Assembly: GCA_013359225.1 (NCBI GenBank) | Contig: JABWCG010000001.1 | Coordinates: 206,362-270,361 of the forward strand | DNA from: Candidatus Buchananbacteria bacterium | Lineage (GTDB): Bacteria; Patescibacteriota; Patescibacteriia; Buchananbacterales; UBA6539 | Direction of reading: 5' to 3' | DNA: 64,000 nucleotides | Part shown: piece by piece, positions 28,439-37,354 of the stretch | How the letters are laid out: every line of letters begins with the position of its first letter | How positions within the stretch are numbered: position 1 is the stretch's first letter | Made by a program: the position numbers and the translations under genes | The notes under the pieces: generated by a model | Database searches by the model: none | What the model was told of the DNA's origin: nothing | The model's input: the letters and a program-made list of their open reading frames with translations, nothing else

Positions 28439-29758
28439 ATGAACCACCTCAAAAATTATAAAAAATTGATTACAGTTCTAATCCTGGTTAGCACCACGCC
28501 ATTTTTGTTTTTGTTTTCTAAAGTGAATTTTTCTTTATTCTTTTCAAATCAATCCACCTTTTGGAACAGTTTCGTGCTGGTGTTTGCTAATGTTGCAGGA
28601 TTTATTGGTGCGGTGTTGTTATTTTGGCAAATGATTTTAGGCTCACGGTTTGTGACTTCAAAGTTAACCGATGACACCGTAGGCATGAATTTGCTCCATC
28701 GCTGGCTAGGAACCTACGGTACGATTTTTATTCTGATCCATCCATTGCTTGAAGCGTATAACTATACTGTCAGTTGGTGGTGGTTGTTTACGTTTAATAT
28801 TTCAAACGAACTGGAAGAACATGTTACCTATGGTCGGATTGCTTTGCTTTTGTTTTTGTTAATTTGGGTGACAAGCGCTATTTTAAGAAGCAAAATGAAA
28901 TATCGGCCGTGGCTTTACATTCACTATCTGGCATATCCGCTAATGGGTTTTGTTTTTATTCACGCCTTGGATTTGGGCAGCTATCTGGCCGAGTACCTAT
29001 ATTTGAAAGTGATTTGGTTTTCGATGATCACGCTGTTTGTTTGGGTAGTAATAAATCGGTTGGCAATTTTTGCCGGGTTTGGCTCGGTAAAATATCAGCT
29101 GATTGATAAAAAAATGGTTGGCGAAAATATTGTGCTATTAACCCTGCAGCCGCTTCGTAAAAAGTTAAGCTCAACAATTGGTCAACATTTTTATATTAAA
29201 TTAAAACGTTTGGGAGTTGCCCATCCGTTTACGATTATGGAGTACGATGGCGTTACCGGCCATTTAACTTTCGGTATCCGAATGACGGGCAAATTTACCA
29301 AGCAGCTTAAGGATTTGCCAGTCGGCCATCTTTTTTATCTGGAAGGTCCTTATGGAGTTTTTACCCGTGAAGCCCAAAATAACGATCCGAAAGTGATTAT
29401 CGCTGGCGGGATTGGCATTACGCCGTTTGTTCAGTTGGTTAAGAAATTCGGCGATAACACAGTCTTTTTTTATTGTAATCGGTCGTTGGAGGATGCTGTC
29501 AGTCGCGATGAATTAATTCGGGCAGTTGGTAAAAATTATTACGACGTTATCAATCAGCATAATCGTGAATTATCAGCTAACATTATTAACGGTAAAATGA
29601 GTGCGAAACATATTATTCAAGTTGTTGGTGAACAAAATGTTGCCAATCGAAACTATTTTATTTGTGGCAGCGCAAAATTCGTTAAGTCAGTTGAAAAAAT
29701 CCTTCAATCAATCGGCGTCGCTAAATCAAAAATTTATTACGAAGAACTTGGCTTTTAA
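28439..29758 (+). CDS. NOX/ferric-reductase-like flavocytochrome with a ferric reductase transmembrane domain plus FAD and NAD(P)-binding domains.
   Basis: A six-helix N-terminal region carries paired His residues ('LLHRWLG...ILIHPLL' and 'IHYLAYP...FIHAL'). The FAD motif 'HPFTIM' and the NAD motif 'AGGIGITPF' are present. Confidence 0.75.
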   Translation: MNHLKNYKKLITVLILVSTTPFLFLFSKVNFSLFFSNQSTFWNSFVLVFANVAGFIGAVLLFWQMILGSRFVTSKLTDDTVGMNLLHRWLGTYGTIFILIHPLLEAYNYTVSWWWLFTFNISNELEEHVTYGRIALLLFLLIWVTSAILRSKMKYRPWLYIHYLAYPLMGFVFIHALDLGSYLAEYLYLKVIWFSMITLFVWVVINRLAIFAGFGSVKYQLIDKKMVGENIVLLTLQPLRKKLSSTIGQHFYIKLKRLGVAHPFTIMEYDGVTGHLTFGIRMTGKFTKQLKDLPVGHLFYLEGPYGVFTREAQNNDPKVIIAGGIGITPFVQLVKKFGDNTVFFYCNRSLEDAVSRDELIRAVGKNYYDVINQHNRELSANIINGKMSAKHIIQVVGEQNVANRNYFICGSAKFVKSVEKILQSIGVAKSKIYYEELGF

Positions 29759-29978
29759 ATTAGCTTTGTCACAAATAGGCAAATAATTTTTTGTTTTAGA
29801 TTTAGTAATTGACATTGCCATGTTTTTATGTTATATTAGATTTTTCACTGTATAACTACCTTGAAAATCGATAAATACTTAACATATCGGCAAGAAATTA
29901 TTTTATTGCCGTCAATTGCCTCGATTGCTATTTTTGTCATGTTGATTGACCTGAATTTGAATTCGAGACCAAAAATCT

Positions 29979-31274
29979 ATGACAAAAATAGACTCACATT
30001 CATTTAATTTTAACAACTTGGGAATTAGTCCCAGGATTCTTGATATTCTGCAAGAGTTGCATTTTCATGAACCGACTCCGATTCAGGCAAAGTCAATTCC
30101 AGAAGCTATTAACGGCAAAGACCTTGTTGGCATCGCTCAGACTGGTACTGGTAAAACGTTGGCGTTTGGCATTCCGATGATTCAACGATTGGGCCAAACT
30201 GGTGGTCGCGGACTGGTGCTGTTGCCGACTCGCGAATTGGCAAGTCAAGTGAATGCCACTTTAAAGACGGTTGGTGCCAAGCTTGGGTTGCGAACAGCGG
30301 TACTGATCGGCGGCGAATCAAAAAATATCCAGCTAAAAACGTTACGGCAAAAACCGCATATTATTGTGGCCACGCCGGGACGTTTGATTGATCATATTAA
30401 GAGCGGTTCAATCCATTTGAACGATATTAAAATTTTAGTGTTAGACGAGGCGGACATGATGTTTGACATTGGTTTTGCTCCTCAGATTGCCGAAATTTTA
30501 AAATCAGTGCCGGCCCAACGGCAGACAATGTTGTTTTCGGCAACAATGCCTCAGGCTATTATGGTATTAGTGGCAAAGCATATGAGGTTGCCGGTTAACA
30601 TTGAAGTCGCACCATCGGGCACGCCGGCAGAAAAAGTTAATCAGGAAATGGTAGTGATCACAAAAGAAGCTCGAGTTGGCCAGTTGGAAAAAATCTTGAA
30701 TTCGTATCACGGTTCTGTGTTGGTTTTTTGCCGCACTAAACACGCCGTCAAAAAGTTGACTGTTCGAGTCAGACAAATGGGGCATCAGGCCGCTGAAATT
30801 CATTCCAGCCGTTCTCTAAATCAGCGCAGTGCCGCTTTGCAGGCGTTTAAAACCGGCAAGGTGCGAGTATTGGTCGCTACTGATATTGCCGCTCGCGGAA
30901 TTGATGTAAAAGGTATTGAATTGGTCTTGAATTTTGATCTGCCGGAAAACGCCGAAGATTATGTCCACCGCATTGGCCGAACCGGCCGCGCCGGCAGTAC
31001 CGGCCAGGCGATTAGTTTTGTTTCACCAACTGAGATGCGTGAAGTTCAAAAAATTGAACAGATTATTAAAAAAACAATTCCATTAACTAAGTTGGCTGAG
31101 CCGGAATACGGCGTTTACAATTCGCCTCGTCGGGTGCAAACTAAGCATTCGTTTAGTTCGCGTAAACAGATTTCAAATTTGGGCCGAAGTCCCCGGCGTC
31201 GTGAGTGGCAGCGAAATTCAAAATTTAGTCGGAATAAAAAATTTAACAAACCCAGCAACCGAAAACGGTATTAA
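29979..31274 (+). CDS. DEAD-box ATP-dependent RNA helicase with a basic C-terminal tail.
   Basis: The motifs 'AQTGTGKT', 'PTRELA', 'DEAD', 'SAT' and 'HRIGRTGR' are present. A TTGACA(29810-29815)-17-TATATT promoter sits about 150 nt upstream. Confidence 0.9.
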   Translation: MTKIDSHSFNFNNLGISPRILDILQELHFHEPTPIQAKSIPEAINGKDLVGIAQTGTGKTLAFGIPMIQRLGQTGGRGLVLLPTRELASQVNATLKTVGAKLGLRTAVLIGGESKNIQLKTLRQKPHIIVATPGRLIDHIKSGSIHLNDIKILVLDEADMMFDIGFAPQIAEILKSVPAQRQTMLFSATMPQAIMVLVAKHMRLPVNIEVAPSGTPAEKVNQEMVVITKEARVGQLEKILNSYHGSVLVFCRTKHAVKKLTVRVRQMGHQAAEIHSSRSLNQRSAALQAFKTGKVRVLVATDIAARGIDVKGIELVLNFDLPENAEDYVHRIGRTGRAGSTGQAISFVSPTEMREVQKIEQIIKKTIPLTKLAEPEYGVYNSPRRVQTKHSFSSRKQISNLGRSPRRREWQRNSKFSRNKKFNKPSNRKRY

Positions 31275-31283
31275 TATACAATC

Positions 31284-33077
31284 ATGGAATATAAAGAAAT
31301 CAGAAATATCGCCATCATCGCTCACGTTGACCACGGCAAAACAACCCTGGTTGACGGTTTAATGCGTCAAACGGGGATGGTTGAAGAGGGTGTTAGCATG
31401 GATTCAAATGATCTGGAGAAAGAACGCGGCATTACGATTTACGCTAAAAACGCCTCGTTGATCTACCATGGCACTAAAATTAATATTGTTGACACTCCCG
31501 GTCACGCTGATTTTAGTTCGGAAGTCGAGCGGGTACTACGGTCAATTGATTCGGTAATTTTAGTGGTTGATGCTCAGGAAGGCCCGATGCCGCAGACCCG
31601 ATTTGTTTTAAAAAAATCTTTAGAGCTTGGCTTAAAGCCGATTGTGGTTTTGAATAAAATTGACAAGCCGGCCGCCAACCCGCACCGGGCTCATGATGAA
31701 GTTTTGGAGCTTTTTATGGATTTGGGCGCTAACGATGAGCAACTTGATTTTGTGACGGTTTACGCAATCGGCGTGAAAGGTATTGCTAAACGAAACTTAA
31801 CTGATGAGTCCGACAGCCTTAACCCGTTGCTTGATGTGATTTTAGAAAAGGTTCATCCGGCTCCAAGTGATCGGACTTTGCCGTTGCGGATGCAGCCGTT
31901 TAATCTGGGGTATGACGATTATCTCGGACGGCTGGCAATCGGCCGGATTTATGAAGGAAAAATTTCTAAGGGTCAAAAAGTGGTTATTAAGAATACAACC
32001 GGCCAATCACGGACGGCGACCATTACTAAAATTTACACCTTTCATGGTTTTGAACGCCAGGATATCCAAACCGCCGGCGCGGGTGACCTGGTGATGATTG
32101 CCGGCATTCCCGATATTGATATTGGTGAAACTATTTGTGAAAATGCCGATCAGGAAGCATTGCCGGCAATTTCCATTGACCAGCCAACCATCTCGCTTGA
32201 TTTATTGGTTAACAACTCTCCATTTGCCGGACGTGACGGGCAGTTTGTTACTAATAGTCAGCTTAACGAGCGATTAAAAAAAGAGCTGGAGGTTAATATT
32301 GGTTTAAAAATTGATTTTTCGGCAAAGGATCGTTATCATGTTTCCGGACGTGGCGAAATGCATATTGCGATTTTGTTGGAAAACATGCGGCGCGAGGGAT
32401 ATGAAATGCAGGTATCTCAGCCGCGCGTGATTACTAAGCAAATCGACGGCGTTCTGATGGAGCCATTTGAAGAGGTGACAATTGATGTGCCGTCGAGTTT
32501 TTCCGGCTCCGTCATTGAAAAACTTTCTAAGCGCGGCGGTAAAATGGTTAATATGCATCAGCATGAAGACCAGGTGAGAATTTTATTTGAAATCCCGACT
32601 CGTGGGTTGCTTGGTTATCGCGGCGATTTTGTGGTTGACACTAAGGGAGAGGGCATTTTGGCTTCCCGCGTCATCGGTTTTAAACCATACGCCGGAGAGA
32701 TTAAAAAACGTTCAACCGGTTCAATGATTTCAATGATCACCGGCAAAACCTCTGGCTACTCATTAGCTAATTTACAGACTCGGGGGCAAATGTATGTTGG
32801 ACCAAATGTTGAAGTGTATGAAGGCATGGTTGTCGGTAATGTTGCTAAGGGTGATGATATGGCCGTTAACCCGATTAAAGGAAAACAATTGACCAACATG
32901 CGTTCGTCTGGTGCTGATGAGGCAATTCATCTGACGCCGCCATTGCCATTGTCAATTGAACGCGGTTTGGAAATTATGCATGATGATGAATATCTTGAAA
33001 TCACTCCGAATAACATCAGACTGCGAAAACAGATTTTAACCGAAATTGATCGCGTGAGAGCGAGTCGAAAAAAATAA
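31284..33077 (+). CDS. typA: Translational GTPase TypA/BipA.
   Basis: The G-domain 'AIIAHVDHGKTTL' and 'DTPGHADF' motifs and the overall length match TypA. Confidence 0.9.
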   Translation: MEYKEIRNIAIIAHVDHGKTTLVDGLMRQTGMVEEGVSMDSNDLEKERGITIYAKNASLIYHGTKINIVDTPGHADFSSEVERVLRSIDSVILVVDAQEGPMPQTRFVLKKSLELGLKPIVVLNKIDKPAANPHRAHDEVLELFMDLGANDEQLDFVTVYAIGVKGIAKRNLTDESDSLNPLLDVILEKVHPAPSDRTLPLRMQPFNLGYDDYLGRLAIGRIYEGKISKGQKVVIKNTTGQSRTATITKIYTFHGFERQDIQTAGAGDLVMIAGIPDIDIGETICENADQEALPAISIDQPTISLDLLVNNSPFAGRDGQFVTNSQLNERLKKELEVNIGLKIDFSAKDRYHVSGRGEMHIAILLENMRREGYEMQVSQPRVITKQIDGVLMEPFEEVTIDVPSSFSGSVIEKLSKRGGKMVNMHQHEDQVRILFEIPTRGLLGYRGDFVVDTKGEGILASRVIGFKPYAGEIKKRSTGSMISMITGKTSGYSLANLQTRGQMYVGPNVEVYEGMVVGNVAKGDDMAVNPIKGKQLTNMRSSGADEAIHLTPPLPLSIERGLEIMHDDEYLEITPNNIRLRKQILTEIDRVRASRKK

Positions 33078-33128
33078 ACTAAATAAAAAACAGGGGATGT
33101 AAACCCTCTGTTTTTTATTTAGTTTATT

Positions 33129-33611
33129 TTAATTTAATTCAGCCAAGAGATCGTCTAAATCCAGTGGTTTAGTAACCATTTCAATCTCACCGCCAGTGTT
33201 ACGTGGCCATTGCTCTTTGGGGCGATCAGCATATATTTCAATGCCGTTACCATCAGGGTCGGACAGATAAACCGCTTCAGAAACACCGTGGTCGGATGCG
33301 CCCTCAATCGGATATCTTGCCGTGATTAATTGCTGTACCGCTCTGGCTAATTCCTTTCGGTTGGGATAAAGAATGGCAAAGTGGTATAGTCCGGTGGTGC
33401 CCTTTGGTGGACGCGGTGCATCAACACCAGACCAGGTATTTAAGCCAATGTGGTGGTGATATCCGCCCGCGGATAAAAAAACCGCCGAGTCGCCGTATTT
33501 GGTAGTAATTTCAAATCCTAAAATATCTTGGTAAAAGGCAAGCGATTTTTTAAGATCGGAAACAGTTAGGTGGATGTGACCAATAGTAACATGAGGGTGA
33601 ATTTTTTCCAT
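33129..33611 (-). CDS. VOC/glyoxalase-family protein.
   Basis: The sequence 'HIHLTVSDLKKSLAFYQDILGFEI' is a glyoxalase-like beta-alpha-beta-beta-beta module. Confidence 0.7.
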   Translation of the reverse strand: MEKIHPHVTIGHIHLTVSDLKKSLAFYQDILGFEITTKYGDSAVFLSAGGYHHHIGLNTWSGVDAPRPPKGTTGLYHFAILYPNRKELARAVQQLITARYPIEGASDHGVSEAVYLSDPDGNGIEIYADRPKEQWPRNTGGEIEMVTKPLDLDDLLAELN

Positions 33612-33613
33612 GA

Positions 33614-34099
33614 TTACTTTTTATTAAATTCCATTTCAGCTTGTTTGGCTAATTCCATGAATTTTGCAGTTTCTTGAACAGAAAAAATTCTTGGTTTGAA
33701 ATCTTTGACGCAGAAAACAGCCATCGGAAGTCGGCTTTCTTTATCATAAAGGGCAATCCCAGCATAGAAGCGGATTCCTTCTTTGGTAACATGCGGGTTG
33801 TCTTTAAAACGCTCGTCACGTTGAGTATCTTCAACTACTAAAATACCTTTGTTGAAAAGAGCGTGGCCGCAAAATGATGTTTCCCGTTTGTCTTCTGAAA
33901 CATTTAAACCTTGGCACGACTTGAACCATTCCCGGTTTTCATCAATAATGGAAATGGTGGAAATTGGTACCTTAAGTTCTTTGACGGCTGTTTGAGTAAT
34001 TCGGTCAAACTGTTCTTCTGGGGCAGTATTAAGGATGCCCATTTTTTTTAGGACTTCCAGGCGCTGGTTTTCTTTCGGTGACGTTGGCGCTTTTTTCAT
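33614..34099 (-). CDS. GAF-domain protein.
   Basis: Sized at about 160 aa like a single GAF domain. The 'ISIIDENREWFKSCQG...FCGHAL' region is GAF-like. Confidence 0.55.
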   Translation of the reverse strand: MKKAPTSPKENQRLEVLKKMGILNTAPEEQFDRITQTAVKELKVPISTISIIDENREWFKSCQGLNVSEDKRETSFCGHALFNKGILVVEDTQRDERFKDNPHVTKEGIRFYAGIALYDKESRLPMAVFCVKDFKPRIFSVQETAKFMELAKQAEMEFNKK

Positions 34100-34122
34100 A
34101 AATTCCTCCTTTGATGTAGTTG

Positions 34123-34620
34123 TTAACCTATGTTAACAATCGTACAAGTAATTAATTTGTCCTTAGCTTTAATGGTAACAGTATCACCAACTCGGTGGCC
34201 CATAATTGCCGAGCCGATCGGGGAATTATGGGAAATAACGCCCTGTGCAGGGTTTGTTTCGGCAGAACCCAAAATCAAGTAGGTTACTTGTTCACCGTTT
34301 ATTTTGACGGTGACTGTATGGCCAATTTGCACGCTCGTTGAATCGTTCCCGGGCTGGATAATGATTGCCAAGTGCAAATGATTTTCCAAATCAATAATTT
34401 TTTGGTTAACACTACGAAGCTTGCCTTTTGCGATTTGGTAGGCGGCATTTTCCGATAGGTCACCCAATTCAGCCAGTCGTCGGACCTCATCAGCAAGCTT
34501 CGGCCGAGCCTTTTTAAGGGAATCAAGTTTGTTTTTGAGTTCAGCAAATTTATCCGCCGTAAGATGGGGGTCTGGCTTTTGATGGGTAAATTTCCCCGGT
34601 TTTCTGATAGGAACTCGCAT
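34123..34620 (-). CDS. greA: Transcription elongation factor GreA.
   Basis: An N-terminal coiled coil and a C-terminal FKBP-like 'GEQVTYLILGSAETNPAQGVISHNSPIGSAIMGHRVGDTVTIK' match GreA. Confidence 0.85.
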   Translation of the reverse strand: MRVPIRKPGKFTHQKPDPHLTADKFAELKNKLDSLKKARPKLADEVRRLAELGDLSENAAYQIAKGKLRSVNQKIIDLENHLHLAIIIQPGNDSTSVQIGHTVTVKINGEQVTYLILGSAETNPAQGVISHNSPIGSAIMGHRVGDTVTIKAKDKLITCTIVNIG

Positions 34621-34703
34621 AGTGGGTGTTTATAGGGTAGAATTATTTTACCAAAAAATCGCTTAGAAAGCGATTTTTTAGCGTTAAGTGTGGCGATGGA
34701 AAT

Positions 34704-34871
34704 TTAGCCAACGCATTTTTTGCAATATTGTAATTTATTTTTTACTTTTCCTTCCTGCACAACTTCAAACAATTCATATGATTCTTTGCCACAGTTTTGA
34801 CAATACCGAGACTCTCCGGTAACAAATTTTCTTACGCCAGTTCGTCGCTTCGTCACCTTGTTTTTTCCCAT
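34704..34871 (-). CDS. Small 55-aa Zn-ribbon protein, not in the ORF track.
   Basis: The ATG at 34869-34871 opens 'MGKNKVTKRRTGVRKFVTGESRYCQNCGKESYELFEVVQEGKVKNKLQYCKKCVG*' with a CxxC...CxxC pattern. The bidirectional terminator AAAAAATCGCTT-aga-AAGCGATTTTTT at 34654-34681 follows. Confidence 0.35.
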   Translation of the reverse strand: MGKNKVTKRRTGVRKFVTGESRYCQNCGKESYELFEVVQEGKVKNKLQYCKKCVG

Positions 34872-34947
34872 ATGTTTTAGATTACCTTAACGCTCCTATT
34901 CTACCAAATTTTATCTGAAAAATCAAGTGTGACGCCCATTCGAATAT

Positions 34948-35874
34948 CTACTGATTGGCAAAAAATTCAACAATGATGAATATCAGCCAAAACACAAAAA
35001 GAGTATACGCTTCTTTTTTGGAAATCGTTCTTCCAGACCTCATGAACCGAAACAGCGCAAACGACGAAATAACCATAAATATGCCGGTGATGTAGATGAT
35101 TTTTACTGGAAATGAAAACGGATTGATCAGTGCTAGAATGCCCACGACGATCGTGGCGTCAGCCAGTACGGTGCCCAGGATGTCACCGATTGCTAAAGAG
35201 TCGTCGCGTTTGCGGACTGATTTGAGAGAAAAAAACAGTTCTGGCATTGTTGTGCCGATTCCAACAACCAACATGCCGACCAGGATCGGACTGACACCTA
35301 AGTAGCGCGCCAGTTGGCTAGCGGAGTCTACGGTAAAGTGAGAACCAACTAGCAGTATTATCATACTAAACACCAGCATGATAATACTTTTTTTGTTGGC
35401 CTGGCTATTAGAGGCTGCTTTGCTTTCAGCGCCTCTTTTAAATGAAATGTAATAAAATATGCCACCGGCAATAACTAGTGCTAGACCTTCTAGCCGGGAA
35501 AAGTGTCCGTCAAAACCAAGAATTAACGGCAAAAGCAACAAGAACGGATAGGTTGAATGATTTTTTAAGATTTTACTTTCAACCTTAAGGCCGCGGCCGG
35601 CGACCCAAATAATAATGGCAAAGATTAAAGTCAGGTCGGCAATATTTGAACCAAACAACATGCCGAGTCCGAAAGAGGGTATACCCGCCAGCGCGGCATT
35701 GATTGAAATAAAGGTTTCCGGAAGAATTGAAATAATCGCCACGACAATAAAACCAACTGTATATTTTGAAAGATGAAAATTACTTGCCACCATTGCCGCA
35801 TATTTTGTGGCTAAGGTTGAGCCCCGGATAACTAAGAACAGAGAAACGATAAAAATAAATAGGGTGTTAATCAT
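34948..35874 (-). CDS. Ca2+/cation antiporter (CaCA/YrbG family) membrane protein.
   Basis: Two alpha-repeat regions ('GSNIADL' and 'AIGDILGTVLADAT') sit in a polytopic membrane protein. Confidence 0.75.
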   Translation of the reverse strand: MINTLFIFIVSLFLVIRGSTLATKYAAMVASNFHLSKYTVGFIVVAIISILPETFISINAALAGIPSFGLGMLFGSNIADLTLIFAIIIWVAGRGLKVESKILKNHSTYPFLLLLPLILGFDGHFSRLEGLALVIAGGIFYYISFKRGAESKAASNSQANKKSIIMLVFSMIILLVGSHFTVDSASQLARYLGVSPILVGMLVVGIGTTMPELFFSLKSVRKRDDSLAIGDILGTVLADATIVVGILALINPFSFPVKIIYITGIFMVISSFALFRFMRSGRTISKKEAYTLFVFWLIFIIVEFFANQ

Positions 35875-35990
35875 ATTAATCTAGTATAGCAAAAAAATAT
35901 TCATCCGGCGATTTTGGACGTGAAACGACCCCGAAGTCTTAAGCAGACATCCGGGGTCGTGGGGGTTGAGACGCTAGGGAGTCTTACTCT

Positions 35991-36344
35991 CTAGCACTCG
36001 TGGGGAGCCGGCAAGAACTTGCCGTGTCTCCACTGTTGGCACCAGGCGATGATAATCGTCGGCGCCGCAAACGCGAAGTGAAGGAACGTAAGGGCAACGA
36101 GGTTGCCCAGGTTGTGGCTGTTACCCGCGAGCCAACCGCGGCGGTGGGTGATGGCACCAGCGATGATGCCCCAGCCAACCTGCGAAACGAGGATGATGAG
36201 CATACCCAGGCCCATCATTTCCGGGGCGAAGATTTCCTTCCCCCAGAACTGCTCGCTCGTGAGCCCGACGCCGACGGCGACGAATGCCGTGAGGTAGGCG
36301 AGCATGAACACGTCGAACAGCGCTGCCGCGATAAGCTTTCTCAT
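35991..36344 (-). CDS. GC-rich (foreign-composition) small membrane protein of 117 aa.
   Basis: An AGGAG RBS lies about 8 nt upstream of the ATG at 36342-36344. Three to four hydrophobic helices are predicted. The sampled line 36121-36180 is about 68% GC. Confidence 0.6.
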   Translation of the reverse strand: MRKLIAAALFDVFMLAYLTAFVAVGVGLTSEQFWGKEIFAPEMMGLGMLIILVSQVGWGIIAGAITHRRGWLAGNSHNLGNLVALTFLHFAFAAPTIIIAWCQQWRHGKFLPAPHEC

Positions 36345-36443
36345 CTGATTTTGCTCCTGATTTCGCCGGATTGCTCAAACTTGAGATTTCCCAAGTTGGA
36401 AGGACCACCCTTCCAATAATCCAGCATTTTCAAAGATAAATAT

Positions 36444-36472
36444 ATTATAACATATAATATAAAAAATGTCAA
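36444..36472 (-). promoter_or_regulatory. Perfect consensus sigma70 promoter on the minus strand, embedded in a 12-bp inverted repeat, driving the GC-rich membrane-protein gene.
   Basis: The minus strand reads TTGACA (36467-36472), a 17-nt spacer, then TATAAT (36444-36449). The surrounding sequence is AAAAAATGTCAA-N6-TTGACATTTTTT. Confidence 0.55.
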
Positions 36473-36502
36473 TACATTTTGACATTTTTTCGCTTATTTT
36501 AT

Positions 36503-36537
36503 TAAAAAACCGCCACGAAAGGCGGTTTTTATTTTTT
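36503..36537. terminator. Bidirectional Rho-independent terminator.
   Basis: The sequence is AAAAAACCGCC-acgaaa-GGCGGTTTTTATTTTTT. Confidence 0.8.
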
Positions 36538-36558
36538 AAATCAAAAACTAATTAAGTA

Positions 36559-36957
36559 TTATTCAGTGGTTTTACCGTCAAAATGTTCCTGTTCGTCGGC
36601 TTGGGCATCTTGCTTAGTTTTGTGGATAACGCCATCACGATGGTTGGGCGGCGAATATAGGGTGTAAAGTTTGAGCGGTTGGTTTGAAGAGGTGTTGATA
36701 ATGTTATGTTTGGCGCCGGATGGGACCACAATAATAAATCCATCGCTAAGCTCATGTTCAACTCCGTCTAAAACGGCTTTACCCTGGCCGGACTCACAGC
36801 GAATGAACTGGTCTAGCTGGTGAATTTCTTCGCCGATATCTTCATTGGGATTTAAGCTCATCACAACCAGCTGGCTGTTTTTGCTGGTGTACAGCACTTG
36901 TCTGAAATTTTTATTTTCCAGGCTCAGTTTTTCAATATTAGTGACGTAGCCTTTCAT
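36559..36957 (-). CDS. Cupin-domain protein.
   Basis: The two-His cupin motifs 'EDIGEEIHQLDQFIRCESGQG' and 'GAKHNIINTS' are present. Confidence 0.7.
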   Translation of the reverse strand: MKGYVTNIEKLSLENKNFRQVLYTSKNSQLVVMSLNPNEDIGEEIHQLDQFIRCESGQGKAVLDGVEHELSDGFIIVVPSGAKHNIINTSSNQPLKLYTLYSPPNHRDGVIHKTKQDAQADEQEHFDGKTTE

Positions 36958-36972
36958 ATGTTTAGTTTGTTA

Positions 36973-37224
36973 TTATTTAATGCTTTTGGAAATTAATTTT
37001 ATTTTTTCTGCTCGCGGCAATTTTTTAAGCTTTGCTTCCGCCCGACTGGCGCTTGAACGAGTACGATATCTTTTAGTATAAACCAATTTAACCGGCCGGC
37101 GGCTTTGAGTGTATTTAGCACCAAGCTTTGAGGTATTATGTTCAGTGATCCGACGAATGATGTTGACAGTGATACCGCTATATAAGGTGCCATCGGCACA
37201 TCTTACTATATATAAGTAATACAT
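36973..37224 (-). CDS. GIY-YIG nuclease-family small protein.
   Basis: The N-terminus 'MYYLYIVRCADGTLYSGITVNIIRRITEHN' is a GIY-YIG motif. Confidence 0.7.
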   Translation of the reverse strand: MYYLYIVRCADGTLYSGITVNIIRRITEHNTSKLGAKYTQSRRPVKLVYTKRYRTRSSASRAEAKLKKLPRAEKIKLISKSIK

Positions 37225-37354
37225 TGTCTGGCTGAATTAATGGTTTCAAGCGGTTACGAATGCTTTGCTATATTTAATTATAACAAGAAAACGTTTTTAA
37301 AGCGATAATGAAACATTATTTTGTTTTGAGATTAATCTGTGCTAAAATTTTACC

